Shown: positions 18,296 through 28,900, counted from the stretch's first letter. The stretch: DNA of 64,000 nt from an uncultured Chloroflexia bacterium (GCA_963813535.1 CAWEZH010000003.1:384001-448000), one strand, 5' to 3'. The notes: generated from the sequence alone by a model not told the origin. Program-made: numbers and translations.

Positions 18296-20506
18296 TCAGG
18301 CCGGGGCTCCGCTTCCGGTCTCGACCGGCCGAAGCGACGGGTCATCGACCCCATCGTCGACGGTCGCCGGCCCCGGCAGCTCGACCACCGCGTGGGCCGC
18401 CGCGTCGTACCGGTCGGACGTCGTCAGGTAGATGATCTGGAAGTCCTCGGCGACCCGCTTCAGGAGCGCGAGGGCCCGAGTGGCGCGCTCGTCGTCGAGC
18501 GTCACGAACGGGTCATCGAAGATCAGGGGTGGCCGGCGATCCCCAGTGACGAGCCGAACAAGCCCCAACCGCGCCGTGAGGTAGACCAGGTCGAGCGTGC
18601 CCTGGCTCAACGTGCTCACGGGCACCCAGTCGCCTCGTTCGGGTGCATGAACGTCGATGTCCAGCGTCTTGTCGTCGACCCGGACGCGGCGGTAGCGACC
18701 GCCGGTCACCGACGAGACATCGCGGACCATGTGGCCCTCGAGATAGCGCGTCGCGGTCTTCATCGTCGCCGCCTCGGCCGCTTCGATCGCGCGGAGCGTC
18801 GTCTCGAGCACCCGGTATCGGCGCTGGGACAACGCCAGCTGCTCGCGCCACACGGCCAGACGCTCGGCATCTGCCGCGACCTGCTCGGCGTCGACTGCGA
18901 TGTTCTCGACCCGAGCCCTCGTGTTCGCTTCGTCGTCGCGCGACCGGTCGAGCGCCGCCTCCTGATCGCGGACCTCGACCTCGAGCCGCTCGCGCGCCCG
19001 CGGCTCCTTGGCGATCGGCCCGAGCGACTCCATCGCGCTCGTCTTCTGCTCGATCTCGAGGGCCGCCGCGTCGCGCAGCGGCGGCAACGTCTCGCGCGGC
19101 TCCTTGCCGACCAGGCCGTCGAGCTGGGCGGAGAGCTGGTCCATGCGCGCGACGTGTGCTTCCTCGCGCGCCAGGAGGTCTTCGGCAGCGGGGACGTCGT
19201 CGAGGCCGAGCGTGCCGAGCTGCTGCTCGGTGTCGACTTCGGCCTGGTGCAGCTCCGCCTCCATCTCCGACCGGCCGCGTAGCCGCCGATCGATCTCGAC
19301 ATCGCGCAATTGTTCCTGCATCTGCGAATGGCGACGCAGCCACACCGCCACAGCGCTGAGGATCCCGCCGATCAGCGCCAAGGCGGCACCAAGGAACAGC
19401 GGCGGCATGCCGAGATCGGCGATACCAAGGACGTCGAGCACGATGCTGCCCCCCGCGAGGAGGACGCCGATCAGGACGGCGATCAGACCCAAGCGCGACA
19501 GCGGCCGCCAGGTCGGTTCCGGCGCGACCTCGAAATTGACGTCGATCTCCCCGGCGAGCGAGGCACGGAGCTCGCGCATCCGGGAGTCCAGCACGCGCAG
19601 CCGCTCGACCGCCTGGCGGATGACTGGCAGGGGATTGGGCGATGGATGGGTCTGGGCAAGCTCGTCGAGCTCGGTGGCGACCTCGACCGCTTCGCGGAAG
19701 CGTTCATAGCGCTCGCGAGCCGCGGTGCGCTCGGCGTCGAGCCGCTCGGCCTGGCGGGCCTTCTCGAGCATCGCGCGCTTCTCTGCCAGTCCACGCTCGG
19801 ACTCGAGCCGCCGTTCGCGCGCCGTCGACAGCGAGTCGCGGTCACGCTCGAGCTGGGCCAGGTCGAGCTCGCCCTTCTCGACCGTGGCGGCAGCCTCGGC
19901 CACGGCGGCCTCGGACAGCTTGAGCCGACCGGGATTCTTGTCGCCCTTCGTCGTCAGCTCATAGATGGCCCGCTCGAGACGCTTCTTCACCCGGCCCGTA
20001 CCCCGATCGGCACCGCTGATGCTGGCCTGGAGCCGATCGCGCAGGGCCGCCTCGTCGCGGGCGAGGTCGCTGAGCTCGTGATGGCGGACCGACGCCGTCG
20101 AGCGGAAGAACGATTCGTTGGCGATGCCGGACAGCTCGGCCAGGACCTGGTCGGCAAGCGCGGGATCGGTGACCCGCTGGCCGTCATAGACGAGGTCGAC
20201 GGTCCCCTTCTGCCCGCCGAACCACTTCTCGAGCGTACCGGTCGCGAGTCGCCCGTCCTCCTCGTCCTGCTCGAACTCGATGGCGACCCACGGGCGGGCA
20301 TCCGGTCCGGCGTCCCACGGCCGGAGCGATTCCAGGTCCGCCGCGTTGCTCGTGACGCGCCGGGTCAGGGCAAGCTCGATGGCTCGCTGGATCGTGCTCT
20401 TGCCGGCCTCGTTCGGACCGCGCACGACCGTGACGCCGGGGGCCAGGTCGATGTCCAGCTCGCGGTACCGGCGCAGGTCACGGACCTGCAGTCGGCGGAT
20501 CCTCAC
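18296..20506 (-). CDS. SMC/Rad50-like coiled-coil ATPase (YhaN/SbcC-like) with central hydrophobic hairpin
   Basis: GPNEAGKST, long coiled coil, LSQGT, IFDDPFVTLD. Confidence 0.88.
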   Translation of the reverse strand: MRIRRLQVRDLRRYRELDIDLAPGVTVVRGPNEAGKSTIQRAIELALTRRVTSNAADLESLRPWDAGPDARPWVAIEFEQDEEDGRLATGTLEKWFGGQKGTVDLVYDGQRVTDPALADQVLAELSGIANESFFRSTASVRHHELSDLARDEAALRDRLQASISGADRGTGRVKKRLERAIYELTTKGDKNPGRLKLSEAAVAEAAATVEKGELDLAQLERDRDSLSTARERRLESERGLAEKRAMLEKARQAERLDAERTAARERYERFREAVEVATELDELAQTHPSPNPLPVIRQAVERLRVLDSRMRELRASLAGEIDVNFEVAPEPTWRPLSRLGLIAVLIGVLLAGGSIVLDVLGIADLGMPPLFLGAALALIGGILSAVAVWLRRHSQMQEQLRDVEIDRRLRGRSEMEAELHQAEVDTEQQLGTLGLDDVPAAEDLLAREEAHVARMDQLSAQLDGLVGKEPRETLPPLRDAAALEIEQKTSAMESLGPIAKEPRARERLEVEVRDQEAALDRSRDDEANTRARVENIAVDAEQVAADAERLAVWREQLALSQRRYRVLETTLRAIEAAEAATMKTATRYLEGHMVRDVSSVTGGRYRRVRVDDKTLDIDVHAPERGDWVPVSTLSQGTLDLVYLTARLGLVRLVTGDRRPPLIFDDPFVTLDDERATRALALLKRVAEDFQIIYLTTSDRYDAAAHAVVELPGPATVDDGVDDPSLRPVETGSGAPA

Positions 20507-21693
20507 AGCGAGACCTCGTGTCCGGCCAGCAGGAGCCGGCCAAGACGGAGGGCGTCGCGCAGCTCGCCGGCCTCGACCGAGGTGTCGGTGCCACCGTCGG
20601 CGGACGGTGCCGCCTCCAACTCGGCGATGCGCGCCTCCATATCGCGGATGAAGGCGCCGGCGATCGTGTCCGGTGAGGGCAGGGTCCCTTCGGTCAGTGG
20701 CGGCACGCTCACGTCGCGCACGCGGACCTTGAGGAACGACGGGGCCAATGCGTTCTCGATCTCCTCCGGGTGGAGGTCGAGGTCGTCAGGACGCACGCCG
20801 ACGATGCGAACGTCGAGCACGAGATCCGGGTTGCCCTTGCGGTTGAGGCTTTCGATGAAGGCCGGCTGGGTCGTGACGCCCGCGGCATCGAGATCGAGCT
20901 TCTCGAACCGGGTCTTACCGACCGACCGCTCCGTGACGGTCACGTTGCGCCCGGTGGGCGTGTCCTCGAGCTGGACACTGAGGACTTTGCCGGCGCGATC
21001 CTGATCGACCGCGATGGGCTCGGGTGCGCCGGCATACGCGTATGTCACGGTGCCCGCTCGGGCCTGCTGCGCCGAATGCCAGTGCCCGAGCGCCAGGTAG
21101 TCGAGCCCGCTCGCGGCGATCTCATCGGTGGTGATGACGACGTCGTCCCGGTCCGTCTTGCCCGGGATGGACAGCGCGCCGTGCACCATCCCGACCTGCC
21201 AGGCGGCCTTCGCCCTCTGGCCGGCCACGTCCAGGTCCTGCAGCGGGCTATGTGGTGCACGCTTCGTCGCGAACACCGGCCCGTGGACCACGACGTCGCA
21301 TGAGGTGATATGGATGGACGGCCGTTCCGGGGTCAGGACCGTCACCCAGTCGTCGTCCGGCGTGCTGCCGGACAGCGCCTTGAGGTCGTACGCCCGATAG
21401 ATCGACGAGCGATCGTAGGCGTCGTGCGTCCCCGGGATGACGACGGTCCGGATCTTCGCCGCGGCGAGGCGCTTCAGTTCGGCGGCGACGCGCTCGACCG
21501 ACCGGCGAGGCTGGACGTTGCTGTCGAACAGGTCGCCGGCGATCAGGACAAGGTCGGCCTTCTCCGACAGCGCCAGGTCGATGGTGGCGACGAAAGCGGC
21601 GAATTGGCGTTCGCGCTGCGCGCTGGCCTGTTCGCCGAGGTCGTCATGACGGGCGCCCAGATGGACGTCCGCGGTATGGATGATCCGTAGCAT
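20503..21693 (-). CDS. Mre11/SbcD-like metallophosphoesterase (YhaO-like)
   Basis: HTADVHLG, AGDLFD, PGTHD, HG, YLALGHWH; GTGA overlap with ATPase. Confidence 0.9.
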   Translation of the reverse strand: MLRIIHTADVHLGARHDDLGEQASAQRERQFAAFVATIDLALSEKADLVLIAGDLFDSNVQPRRSVERVAAELKRLAAAKIRTVVIPGTHDAYDRSSIYRAYDLKALSGSTPDDDWVTVLTPERPSIHITSCDVVVHGPVFATKRAPHSPLQDLDVAGQRAKAAWQVGMVHGALSIPGKTDRDDVVITTDEIAASGLDYLALGHWHSAQQARAGTVTYAYAGAPEPIAVDQDRAGKVLSVQLEDTPTGRNVTVTERSVGKTRFEKLDLDAAGVTTQPAFIESLNRKGNPDLVLDVRIVGVRPDDLDLHPEEIENALAPSFLKVRVRDVSVPPLTEGTLPSPDTIAGAFIRDMEARIAELEAAPSADGGTDTSVEAGELRDALRLGRLLLAGHEVSL

Positions 21694-22057
21694 CCGCTCG
21701 GGTCTGCCCTCTCAGTGTTGACGGGTCGGGCGGTCTCGATCCGGTGCTACCCCTGGGTGGTATGGCGCGAGCGAGGCGCCCCCATGACTCCCCGCTCGCC
21801 GACCCGGATCCTCGCGCGCCATTGTGACAGGTACGTTGTCACGCTCGCCAGCCCGTATCCGGCCGTGCGATGTCAGATTCGAAGGGGCGTTGTATCCTGC
21901 GCCGCACTACAGAACCGGTGCGCCCGCAGACAGGGACTCCACATCGGCACCTGGGTCGCTGGGGCCCGGCTTCTTCGCCAGCCTCGCTTTCCTGACTGCC
22001 GATACGGTCGCCCTCCGCAAGCGCGCCCGCCGACCAACGCGCCCCCGGAGGAGCATC

Positions 22058-22396
22058 GTGACATACGCTGATCGGACCCTCACCTGTGTCGACTGTGGCG
22101 TCGAGTTCATCCACTCCGCCGCCGATCAGGAGTACTACGTCCAGAAGGGCTTTGCCTCGGACCCCAAGCGATGCACGAGCTGCCGCGCCAGCCGGCGGGC
22201 CGCCCGCGAGGGCGGCGATGACCTCCACGATATCGGCGGGCCGCGCGGCTACGAGCGCAGCGTCGAGCGTCCGGACCGGGAGTACTTCGCTGTCGTCTGC
22301 TCGTCATGCGGCAACCAGGCCCAGGTGCCGTTCCGGCCGCGCATGGACCGCCCGGTCTACTGCTCCGATTGCTTCCGGACCGTCCGCCCGGACTGA
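22058..22396 (+). CDS. Zinc-ribbon protein with CxxC-x17-CxxC domain
   Basis: DRTLTCVDCG..F...QEYY..KGF...PKRC..CR and CSSCG....VPFRPRMDRPVYCSDCF; SD GGAGGAG. Confidence 0.9.
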   Translation: MTYADRTLTCVDCGVEFIHSAADQEYYVQKGFASDPKRCTSCRASRRAAREGGDDLHDIGGPRGYERSVERPDREYFAVVCSSCGNQAQVPFRPRMDRPVYCSDCFRTVRPD

Positions 22397-22438
22397 CAGT
22401 CCGGCGGGAAGCCGGCTCGTCGCGCGATCGCGACTCGC

Positions 22439-23146
22439 CTAGACCCTGAACACCTCGCCGGCACGAAAGCGCTCGCGCCGGCGACCGCGCCAGACCGTGA
22501 CGCGCGACTCGCCGTGGACCTGCCAACCGCCATCGTGACCGACGACAGCGGTGTCCTCGTCGATGCCCAGCACGACCGCGCCGCGCGGCGCCTGGAAGGC
22601 GATCAAGGCGGAGAACGGCTCCGGCCACGCGTCGTAGTGCGGCACGACGGTCACCCCGCCGGCGAACCCGAGCCCGCTCCGCCAGCGCAGCGGGAAGGGC
22701 ACGAGCCTGACCCGGAAGTCGAACGACGAGGCGGCCAGCGCCATCGCTCCGGCCGAGCATCCGGCGAGGACGGCGCCTCGTTCATGTGCAGCGACGAGGC
22801 CGTCCCCGACCGCGGTGCCGGCGAGCGCGGCGATCAGGTATCCGGGCTTCCCGCCCGACAGGTAGATGAGGTCCGCCTCGCCGAGGGCCTGGGCGGCGGC
22901 GGGATCATCGGCCCCGGAACGGTCGCGCACGAGGACGGGTTCGACCTCGGCACCGAGCGCCGTGAAATGCGAGACGCCCATCGCCGCCCAGCGCTGGAAG
23001 ACGACCTCCCCGTCCGGGTACGAGGCGGTCGGCAGGATGACCACCCGGGGGCGCGTCACCCCGGTCGTCGCGAGCAGGCTCGCGTCGAGTGCCGACATCG
23101 TCGGGAGGAACTCGCCGGCGCCCACCAGCGCCACAGGTCCGGGCAT
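22439..23146 (-). CDS. Peptidase S51/cyanophycinase-like protein
   Basis: ILPTAS, IYLSGG, GCSAGAM, PHYD, GIDEDTA. Confidence 0.85.
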   Translation of the reverse strand: MPGPVALVGAGEFLPTMSALDASLLATTGVTRPRVVILPTASYPDGEVVFQRWAAMGVSHFTALGAEVEPVLVRDRSGADDPAAAQALGEADLIYLSGGKPGYLIAALAGTAVGDGLVAAHERGAVLAGCSAGAMALAASSFDFRVRLVPFPLRWRSGLGFAGGVTVVPHYDAWPEPFSALIAFQAPRGAVVLGIDEDTAVVGHDGGWQVHGESRVTVWRGRRRERFRAGEVFRV

Positions 23147-23178
23147 AGCGCCGAGAGTCTATCTGCGACACTGCCGCG

Positions 23179-24753
23179 ATGACGCCGCGCCAGCGTTGGA
23201 CCCTCATCGCGACGATCATCGGATCGGGTGCGGTGTTCCTCGATGGCACGGTCGTGAACTCGGCCCTGCCGAGGATCGGCCGCGAGTTGCCGGCCACCGT
23301 GGTCGGTGTCCTCGAGGGCCAGACCTACGTCATCAGCGGATACCTGGCGGTACTCGCGGCGTTGCTGATCCTGGCGGGGGCGCTGTCGGACCGCTACGGA
23401 CGGCGCCGGGTCTACGCCATCGGTCTGGCCGGCTTCGCCATCACCTCGGCTCTGTGCGGGCTCGCACCGAGCCTCGAAGTGCTGATCGTGGCGCGGCTGC
23501 TGCAGGGCGCGGCTGGCGCACTCATGGTGCCCGGCGCGCTCTCGATCATCACCCAGACTTTCCCCGAGAACGAGCGCGGTCGGGCCTTCGGCTTGTGGAC
23601 TGCCGCAACGTCGGCTCTGTCCCTTGTCGGTCCGCTCGTGGGCGGCCTGCTGGTCGACACGATCGGGTGGCGGGTCGCGTTCCTCATCAACGTGCCGATC
23701 CTTGCCGTGGCCCTGGTGATCACGCTCCGCCACGTCCAGGAGACCCGCGACACCGACACCGACCGCCGGTTCGACTGGCTCGGCTCGATCGTGGCGGCGG
23801 TCGCCGTCGGCGGCCTGTCGTTCGGGGTGATCCGCGGCAGCGAACAGGAGTGGCGCGACCCCGTCGCCTGGGCGGCCATCGCCGTCGGCGCGCTGGCGCT
23901 CGTCGCCTTCCCGATCCTGATGAGCCGCCGACGCGATCCGCTGGTCCCGCTCGGGCTCTTCCGCTCGCGGGCGTTCACGTCGATCAACCTCGCGACGTTC
24001 TTCGTCTATGGCGGCCTCTACGTGATGCTGAGCTATCTGAGCATCACGCTCCAGGGTGCGCTTGGGTACACCGCGCTCGCCGCGGGTGCCGCCGTGCTGC
24101 CCATCGGGATCTGCCTCATCGTGCTGTCGCCGCGCATCGGCACGATCGCGGGAGAGTCCGGCGGTGAAGGCGCTCGACGGTTCCTGACGATCGGCCCGGC
24201 ACTCATGACCGCTGGCCTGCTGTGGTTCACGAGGCTGCCCGCGGACTCACCGGCGTGGCCCGCCAGTCCCGAGCATCCTGCGTCGCTGATCCCACCCGCG
24301 GGCTTCTTCGTCGACGTGCTGCCGGCGGTCGGCCTGTTCGGGTTGGGCATCGCGTGTGTCGTCGCACCGCTCACGAACACGCTCATGGGCTCGATCCCGG
24401 AGCGGTTCTCCGGGCTCGGTTCGGCCATCAACAACGCGATCGCTCGGGTCGGACAGCCGTTGCTCGGCGCCCTGATCTTCGTCGCGCTGAGCGGCACCTT
24501 CTACGCGGCCCTGTCGTCGATGGCCCCGGACCTGGACGTCACGTCGCCGGAGATCCGAGCCGCCTTCCCGCCGCTCAATCCGCCGCGCATCGAGGCCACG
24601 CCGGCCCAGGTCGACGCCGCGGCGCGCGCGTCGATCGAGGCGTTCCACCAGGCGATGGCAGTCGCAGCCGGCCTCGTCGCGATCGGCGGGGCGGTGTCGT
24701 GGTTCGGCCTGCGCGAGCAAGCACCCGTCCGCGAGCAGGTGCCGGCCGCCTGA
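23179..24753 (+). CDS. MFS transporter (DHA2/EmrB-like)
   Basis: FLDGTVVNSALP, GALSDRYGRRR, RLLQG, GPLVGG; about 14 TM. Confidence 0.9.
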   Translation: MTPRQRWTLIATIIGSGAVFLDGTVVNSALPRIGRELPATVVGVLEGQTYVISGYLAVLAALLILAGALSDRYGRRRVYAIGLAGFAITSALCGLAPSLEVLIVARLLQGAAGALMVPGALSIITQTFPENERGRAFGLWTAATSALSLVGPLVGGLLVDTIGWRVAFLINVPILAVALVITLRHVQETRDTDTDRRFDWLGSIVAAVAVGGLSFGVIRGSEQEWRDPVAWAAIAVGALALVAFPILMSRRRDPLVPLGLFRSRAFTSINLATFFVYGGLYVMLSYLSITLQGALGYTALAAGAAVLPIGICLIVLSPRIGTIAGESGGEGARRFLTIGPALMTAGLLWFTRLPADSPAWPASPEHPASLIPPAGFFVDVLPAVGLFGLGIACVVAPLTNTLMGSIPERFSGLGSAINNAIARVGQPLLGALIFVALSGTFYAALSSMAPDLDVTSPEIRAAFPPLNPPRIEATPAQVDAAARASIEAFHQAMAVAAGLVAIGGAVSWFGLREQAPVREQVPAA

Positions 24754-25493
24754 TGCCGCGCGACTGGGATGCGCGGACGTACGACCGCGTCGCCCACCCG
24801 ATGACGCGCTGGGGACTGGCCGTGCTCGACCGCCTGCCGCTCGCAGGTGGCGAGCGAGTGCTGGATGCCGGCTGCGGGACGGGTCGCGTCACGGAACGCC
24901 TGGCCGAGCGCCTGCCGGACGGCCACGTCATCGCCCTGGATGGATCGCCGGCCATGGTCGACGGCGCGCGCCAACGCCTGGCGCGGTTCGGCGATCGGAT
25001 CGAGTACGTGGTCGCGGACCTCGGCCGGCCCCTGCCGATCGCGGATCCGGTCGACGCGATCGTCTCGACCGCGACGTTCCACTGGGTGCCGGACCACGAC
25101 GCGCTGTTCCGGAACCTTGCCGCCGTCACGAAGCCGGGCGGCCGGCTCGTCGCCCAGTGCGGCGGGGCCGGCAATATCGCGTCGGTCCTTCGCGTGCTTG
25201 CCACGATCGGCGACGGCTGGCTCGGTCCGGTGCATTTCGAGACGCCTCACGACACGGAACGACGTCTCGCCGCGGCCGGCTACGTGGACATCGGCTGCTG
25301 GCTCTCGGAGGAGACAGAGCGGTTCGAGGCCGGCGAGCCGTTCGAGTCGTATCTGCGGACGGTCGTCCTGGGCGCCCACCTCGAGCGCCTGCCGGCGACG
25401 GAGCACGATGCCTTCGTGCTCGCTGTCGCCGACGGTCTCGGGAAACCCGTGATCGACTATGTCCGGCTGAACATCACGGCGCGGCGAGGCTGA
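24753..25493 (+). CDS. Class I SAM methyltransferase (trans-aconitate methyltransferase-like)
   Basis: WDARTY, VLDAGCGTG, STATFHWVPDH, DYVRLNITAR. Confidence 0.85.
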   Translation: MPRDWDARTYDRVAHPMTRWGLAVLDRLPLAGGERVLDAGCGTGRVTERLAERLPDGHVIALDGSPAMVDGARQRLARFGDRIEYVVADLGRPLPIADPVDAIVSTATFHWVPDHDALFRNLAAVTKPGGRLVAQCGGAGNIASVLRVLATIGDGWLGPVHFETPHDTERRLAAAGYVDIGCWLSEETERFEAGEPFESYLRTVVLGAHLERLPATEHDAFVLAVADGLGKPVIDYVRLNITARRG

Positions 25494-25926
25494 TCGCGCT
25501 GAGCTGGATCGTCGGGGTCGCGCCCGACGCATGGAACGTGCCCGTCACCTCGACCCAGCCCCACATCGCCTGGGCCAGACCGGGTTCGCTGGCGCGGTCG
25601 AGCCCGGCGACGACGTCGGCCGGGATCTCGCCCGCGATGGCGACCGTGCCGCCGCCGCACTGGGGCGGATACGACTCCAGCACGAGCGAGCACAGGCTGG
25701 CGCCGTCATCGATGGCGAGCAGGAACCCTTTGACGCGAACGGACTGGCCGTCATTGGCGGCCGCTCCCGCCATCAGGGCATCGGTGTCGATGGCCGTGGC
25801 CGGCGCGCTTGCGCTCGGTGCGGCGGACGGACCGGCAGCCGACGGTGGTGGCGTGACCGATGGCGTGCTCGCGCTGTCGCACGCGGCAAGCAGCATGGCG
25901 ACGACGATGCCGAAGAGGAGGCGCAT
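25474..25926 (-). CDS. Hypothetical lipoprotein (possible OB-fold)
   Basis: MRLLFGIVVAMLLAAC lipobox, Pro/Ser/Ala linker, LC...LESYPPQCGG. Confidence 0.7.
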   Translation of the reverse strand: MRLLFGIVVAMLLAACDSASTPSVTPPPSAAGPSAAPSASAPATAIDTDALMAGAAANDGQSVRVKGFLLAIDDGASLCSLVLESYPPQCGGGTVAIAGEIPADVVAGLDRASEPGLAQAMWGWVEVTGTFHASGATPTIQLSAISLAAP

Positions 25927-25991
25927 GGAGGACCTCGGTGGCGGGTGACGGCTGATCCGCCCGCTCGACGCGCAGCGGCTGGAGCCGGTTC

Positions 25992-26540
25992 CTAGCGCTC
26001 CACCGCGAACGGGCCGCCGTGGCCGGGGATGACCACATCGGCGACACCCAGCACCCGGGCGCGACCAGCCATGATCGCGTCCTGATCGTCGCAATACGGA
26101 TCCAGGTCCGGCGATCGGTCGGCGTGCCACCACAGGTGGGTCATCGCGTAGACGCCGTCGTCCGCCTCGACGATCAGTGACGCGTCCTCGGCGGTATGCC
26201 CAGGCGTGAGCCACAGCTGGGCCTTCGGCGACAGCCGGTACCCATCGCCCGGCATGTCGAGCCACAGGTCGTCCTTGTACCGCGCCCAGAAATCGACGAC
26301 CTCGGCGTTGGGGAACAGGGCGACGTTCATCGTGTGGTCGGGATGGTGGTGGCTGAGGAAGACATGCGTCACGGCCTCCGCAGCAACACCCATCTCGGCG
26401 AGCGGATCGAGGATCAGTGAGCGCCGGGCGACCATCCCCGGATCGACGACGATCAGCGCATCACTGTCGCGCACGAGGGCGATGGACGAGGCCGTCCGCT
26501 CGCCGGTGTACCCAGCGTGGAGCAGGTGGACCGATGTCAT
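25992..26540 (-). CDS. MBL-fold metallo-hydrolase
   Basis: VDPG, SHHHPDH, TPGHT, IPGHG. Confidence 0.88.
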   Translation of the reverse strand: MTSVHLLHAGYTGERTASSIALVRDSDALIVVDPGMVARRSLILDPLAEMGVAAEAVTHVFLSHHHPDHTMNVALFPNAEVVDFWARYKDDLWLDMPGDGYRLSPKAQLWLTPGHTAEDASLIVEADDGVYAMTHLWWHADRSPDLDPYCDDQDAIMAGRARVLGVADVVIPGHGGPFAVER

Positions 26541-26615
26541 GGCCGGCGATGCTACGCCGTCGCGCCGGGTGGGATGCAGTCGAGGCGCACGGCGCGACGC
26601 CTGCAGACTCCACCG

Positions 26616-28273
26616 ATGACGACTGACCAGCCCGCCGACCTCGTCCTCCGTGGTGGCCGGATCGCGACCATGGACGCGGCACGGTCGTGGGCATCGGCTG
26701 TGGCAGTGCGCGACGGACGGCTCGTGGCCGTCGGCCCCGACGCGATCGTGGCTGAGCGGATCGGACCGCGCACCCGCGTGATCGAGCTTCGCGGGCGCAC
26801 CGTGACGCCCGGGTTCCAGGACGCACACGTCCATCCGGTCCATGGGGGGCTGGCGATGCTGCGGTGCGATCTCCACGCCGATGCGCAGACCGGTTCCGAG
26901 ATCGATGTGATCGAGGCGTATGCACGATCGCACCCGGACGAGGCATGGATCCGCGGCGGTGGCTGGTACATGGCGGCGTTCGAGGGCGGGACCCCTCGAC
27001 GGGAGGAGCTCGACCGGATCCTCCCCGACCGCCCGGCCTTCCTCACGAGCCGGGATGGCCACAGCGCCTGGGTGAACACCAAGGCGCTGGAACTCGCCGG
27101 CGTGACCGCCTCGACACCGGATCCATCCGACGGACGGATCGAGCGCGACCCGGACGGAACCGCGAGCGGCACACTCCAGGAAGGTGCGATGGACCTGGTC
27201 GCCCGGTTGCTGCCCGGACGACACGCCGGCTGACCTCGAGGAAGCCCTCCGCCTCGGCCAGCGGCACCTCCACGGGTTCGGGATCACCGCCTGGCAGGAC
27301 GCGATCGTCGAGCCGCACAACGAGGAGCGTGCGTACGTGGCGCTGGCTGCCCGCGGCGAGTTGACAGGTCGCGTAGTGGGCGCGTTGTGGTGGGAGCATC
27401 ACCGCGGCGCCGAGCAGATCGAGGAGCTGGTCGAGCGGCGGCGCGCCACGGCGATCGGGCGGTACGCCCCGACGAGCGTCAAGTTGATGATGGACGGCGT
27501 CCTCGAGAACTTCACCGGTGCGATGCTCGAGCCGTATCTCGACGGCGACGGGTCCCCGACGGACAACCGGGGCCTGCTCCAGATCGACCCGGAGGGACTG
27601 GCCAGCTGGGTCCCGGCGCTCGATGCGCTCGGGTTCCAGCCACATTTCCATGCCATCGGCGACAGGGCCATCCGGGCATCGCTCGATGCGGTCGAGGCGT
27701 CTCGACGGGCCAACGGCCCATCCGACACGCGGCCGCATATCGCCCACATCCAGGTCATCCACCCCGACGACATCCCACGATTCCGCGACACTCGATGTCG
27801 CCGCTAACGCTCAGCCCCTGTGGGCGGCGCACGACGATCAGATGGACGTCCTGACCATCCCGTTCATCGGTGAGCGATGGCGCTGGCAGTACCCATTCCG
27901 CTCGCTTCGAGCCGCAGGCGCCGTCCTCGCGATGGGATCTGACTGGAGCGTCTCGAGCGCGAACCCGATCTGGGAGATGCATATCGCGGTCGAGCGCCAG
28001 GCACCCGCCTGGTACGCCGGCGATCGCGGCGTTCTCCTGCCTGAGGAGCGACTCGACCTGATCGATGCGCTCGCGGCGTTCACCTCTGGGTCGGCCTACG
28101 TGAATCATCTCGATGCGGATACCGGAACGCTCGAGGTCGGCAAGTTCGCCGATCTGGCGGTCCTCGATCGCGACCTGTTCGACCGCCGGGCCGGCGAGAT
28201 CCTCGATGCCACGGTCGTCGGCACGTTCGTCGAAGGCGTGGCCGTCCACGAGACCCCGGAGCTCGAGGGCTGA
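26616..28273 (+). CDS. Amidohydrolase 3 (YtcJ-like); two +1 frameshifts near 27215 and 27790
   Basis: PGFQDAHVH, DGHSAWVN, KLMMDG, HAIGDRA, GSDWSV and GTLEVGKFADLAV spread over three consecutive frames. Confidence 0.85.
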
Positions 28274-28409
28274 CGAGACACCGCGGACGCATGGACGGAT
28301 GACGATGTCGTTTCGGCATCGAACGTCGGTATCGACGGCGAGCCGCGACAGCGATGCTCCTGTTGCGCACCGGAACGATCCGGCAGACGCAGAAAGGAGC
28401 GAACCAGTC

Positions 28410-28616
28410 ATGAACGCACTCGCGATCCTGTACGTGAACGCCCACCTGCAGGACATCCTGGATGACGCTGCTGAGCGCCGAGCCCAGGTCGACCGGCCTT
28501 CCGTGATCGATCGGATCCGCTCCGCTGCGTCGGGCGCCAAGGCCATGCTGGCCACGCCCCTCGACAACCGCGGGACGATGTTCCCGACGCTCGACGAGTC
28601 GCCCAACCGGAGCTGA
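28410..28616 (+). CDS. Small hypothetical protein (68 aa)
   Basis: Strong SD GAAAGGAG, GC3-rich codons, own intrinsic terminator. Confidence 0.7.
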   Translation: MNALAILYVNAHLQDILDDAAERRAQVDRPSVIDRIRSAASGAKAMLATPLDNRGTMFPTLDESPNRS

Positions 28617-28646
28617 GGCCTCCTCCCTTCAGCTTCGTCCATCACC

Positions 28647-28687
28647 GACGACGACCCCCGTTCCTCCGACGGGGGTCGTCGTCTTTT
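28647..28687 (+). terminator. Rho-independent terminator
   Basis: GACGACGACCCCCGT...ACGGGGGTCGTCGTC followed by TTTT. Confidence 0.85.
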
Positions 28688-28724
28688 CGCGTCCGGGTGA
28701 GGCATCCAGCTCGCCGCCGACCAA

Positions 28725-28900
28725 GGTGTGTCTGGCAGTCAGCACCGGTGCACCCAAGGACCCGGCATGCCGGCCCTCAGGCACGATCCGTGTCTGGGAG
28801 TCACACCCAGGGTCTCGAACGGGCGCGGCCAGCCGTCCCGACCTCCTGGTGTTGACTGGCACGCACCAGCCGCACGTCACGTGGAGGAGCGGCAACGACC
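28725..28900 (+). ncRNA. Structured non-coding element, possible orphan IS110-type non-coding end
   Basis: CAGUCAGCACC/GGUGUUGACUG and GGUGUGU/ACGCACC closing stems with G-U pairs favouring + strand; internal stem-loop-stem; GGAGGA at 28883 with no start codon. Confidence 0.45.

Noticed and set aside
28760-28780. HDV-like ribozyme (GGCCGGCAUG on minus strand)
   Set aside because: The match is just the palindrome CCGGCATGCCGG; I could not build the nested double pseudoknot.
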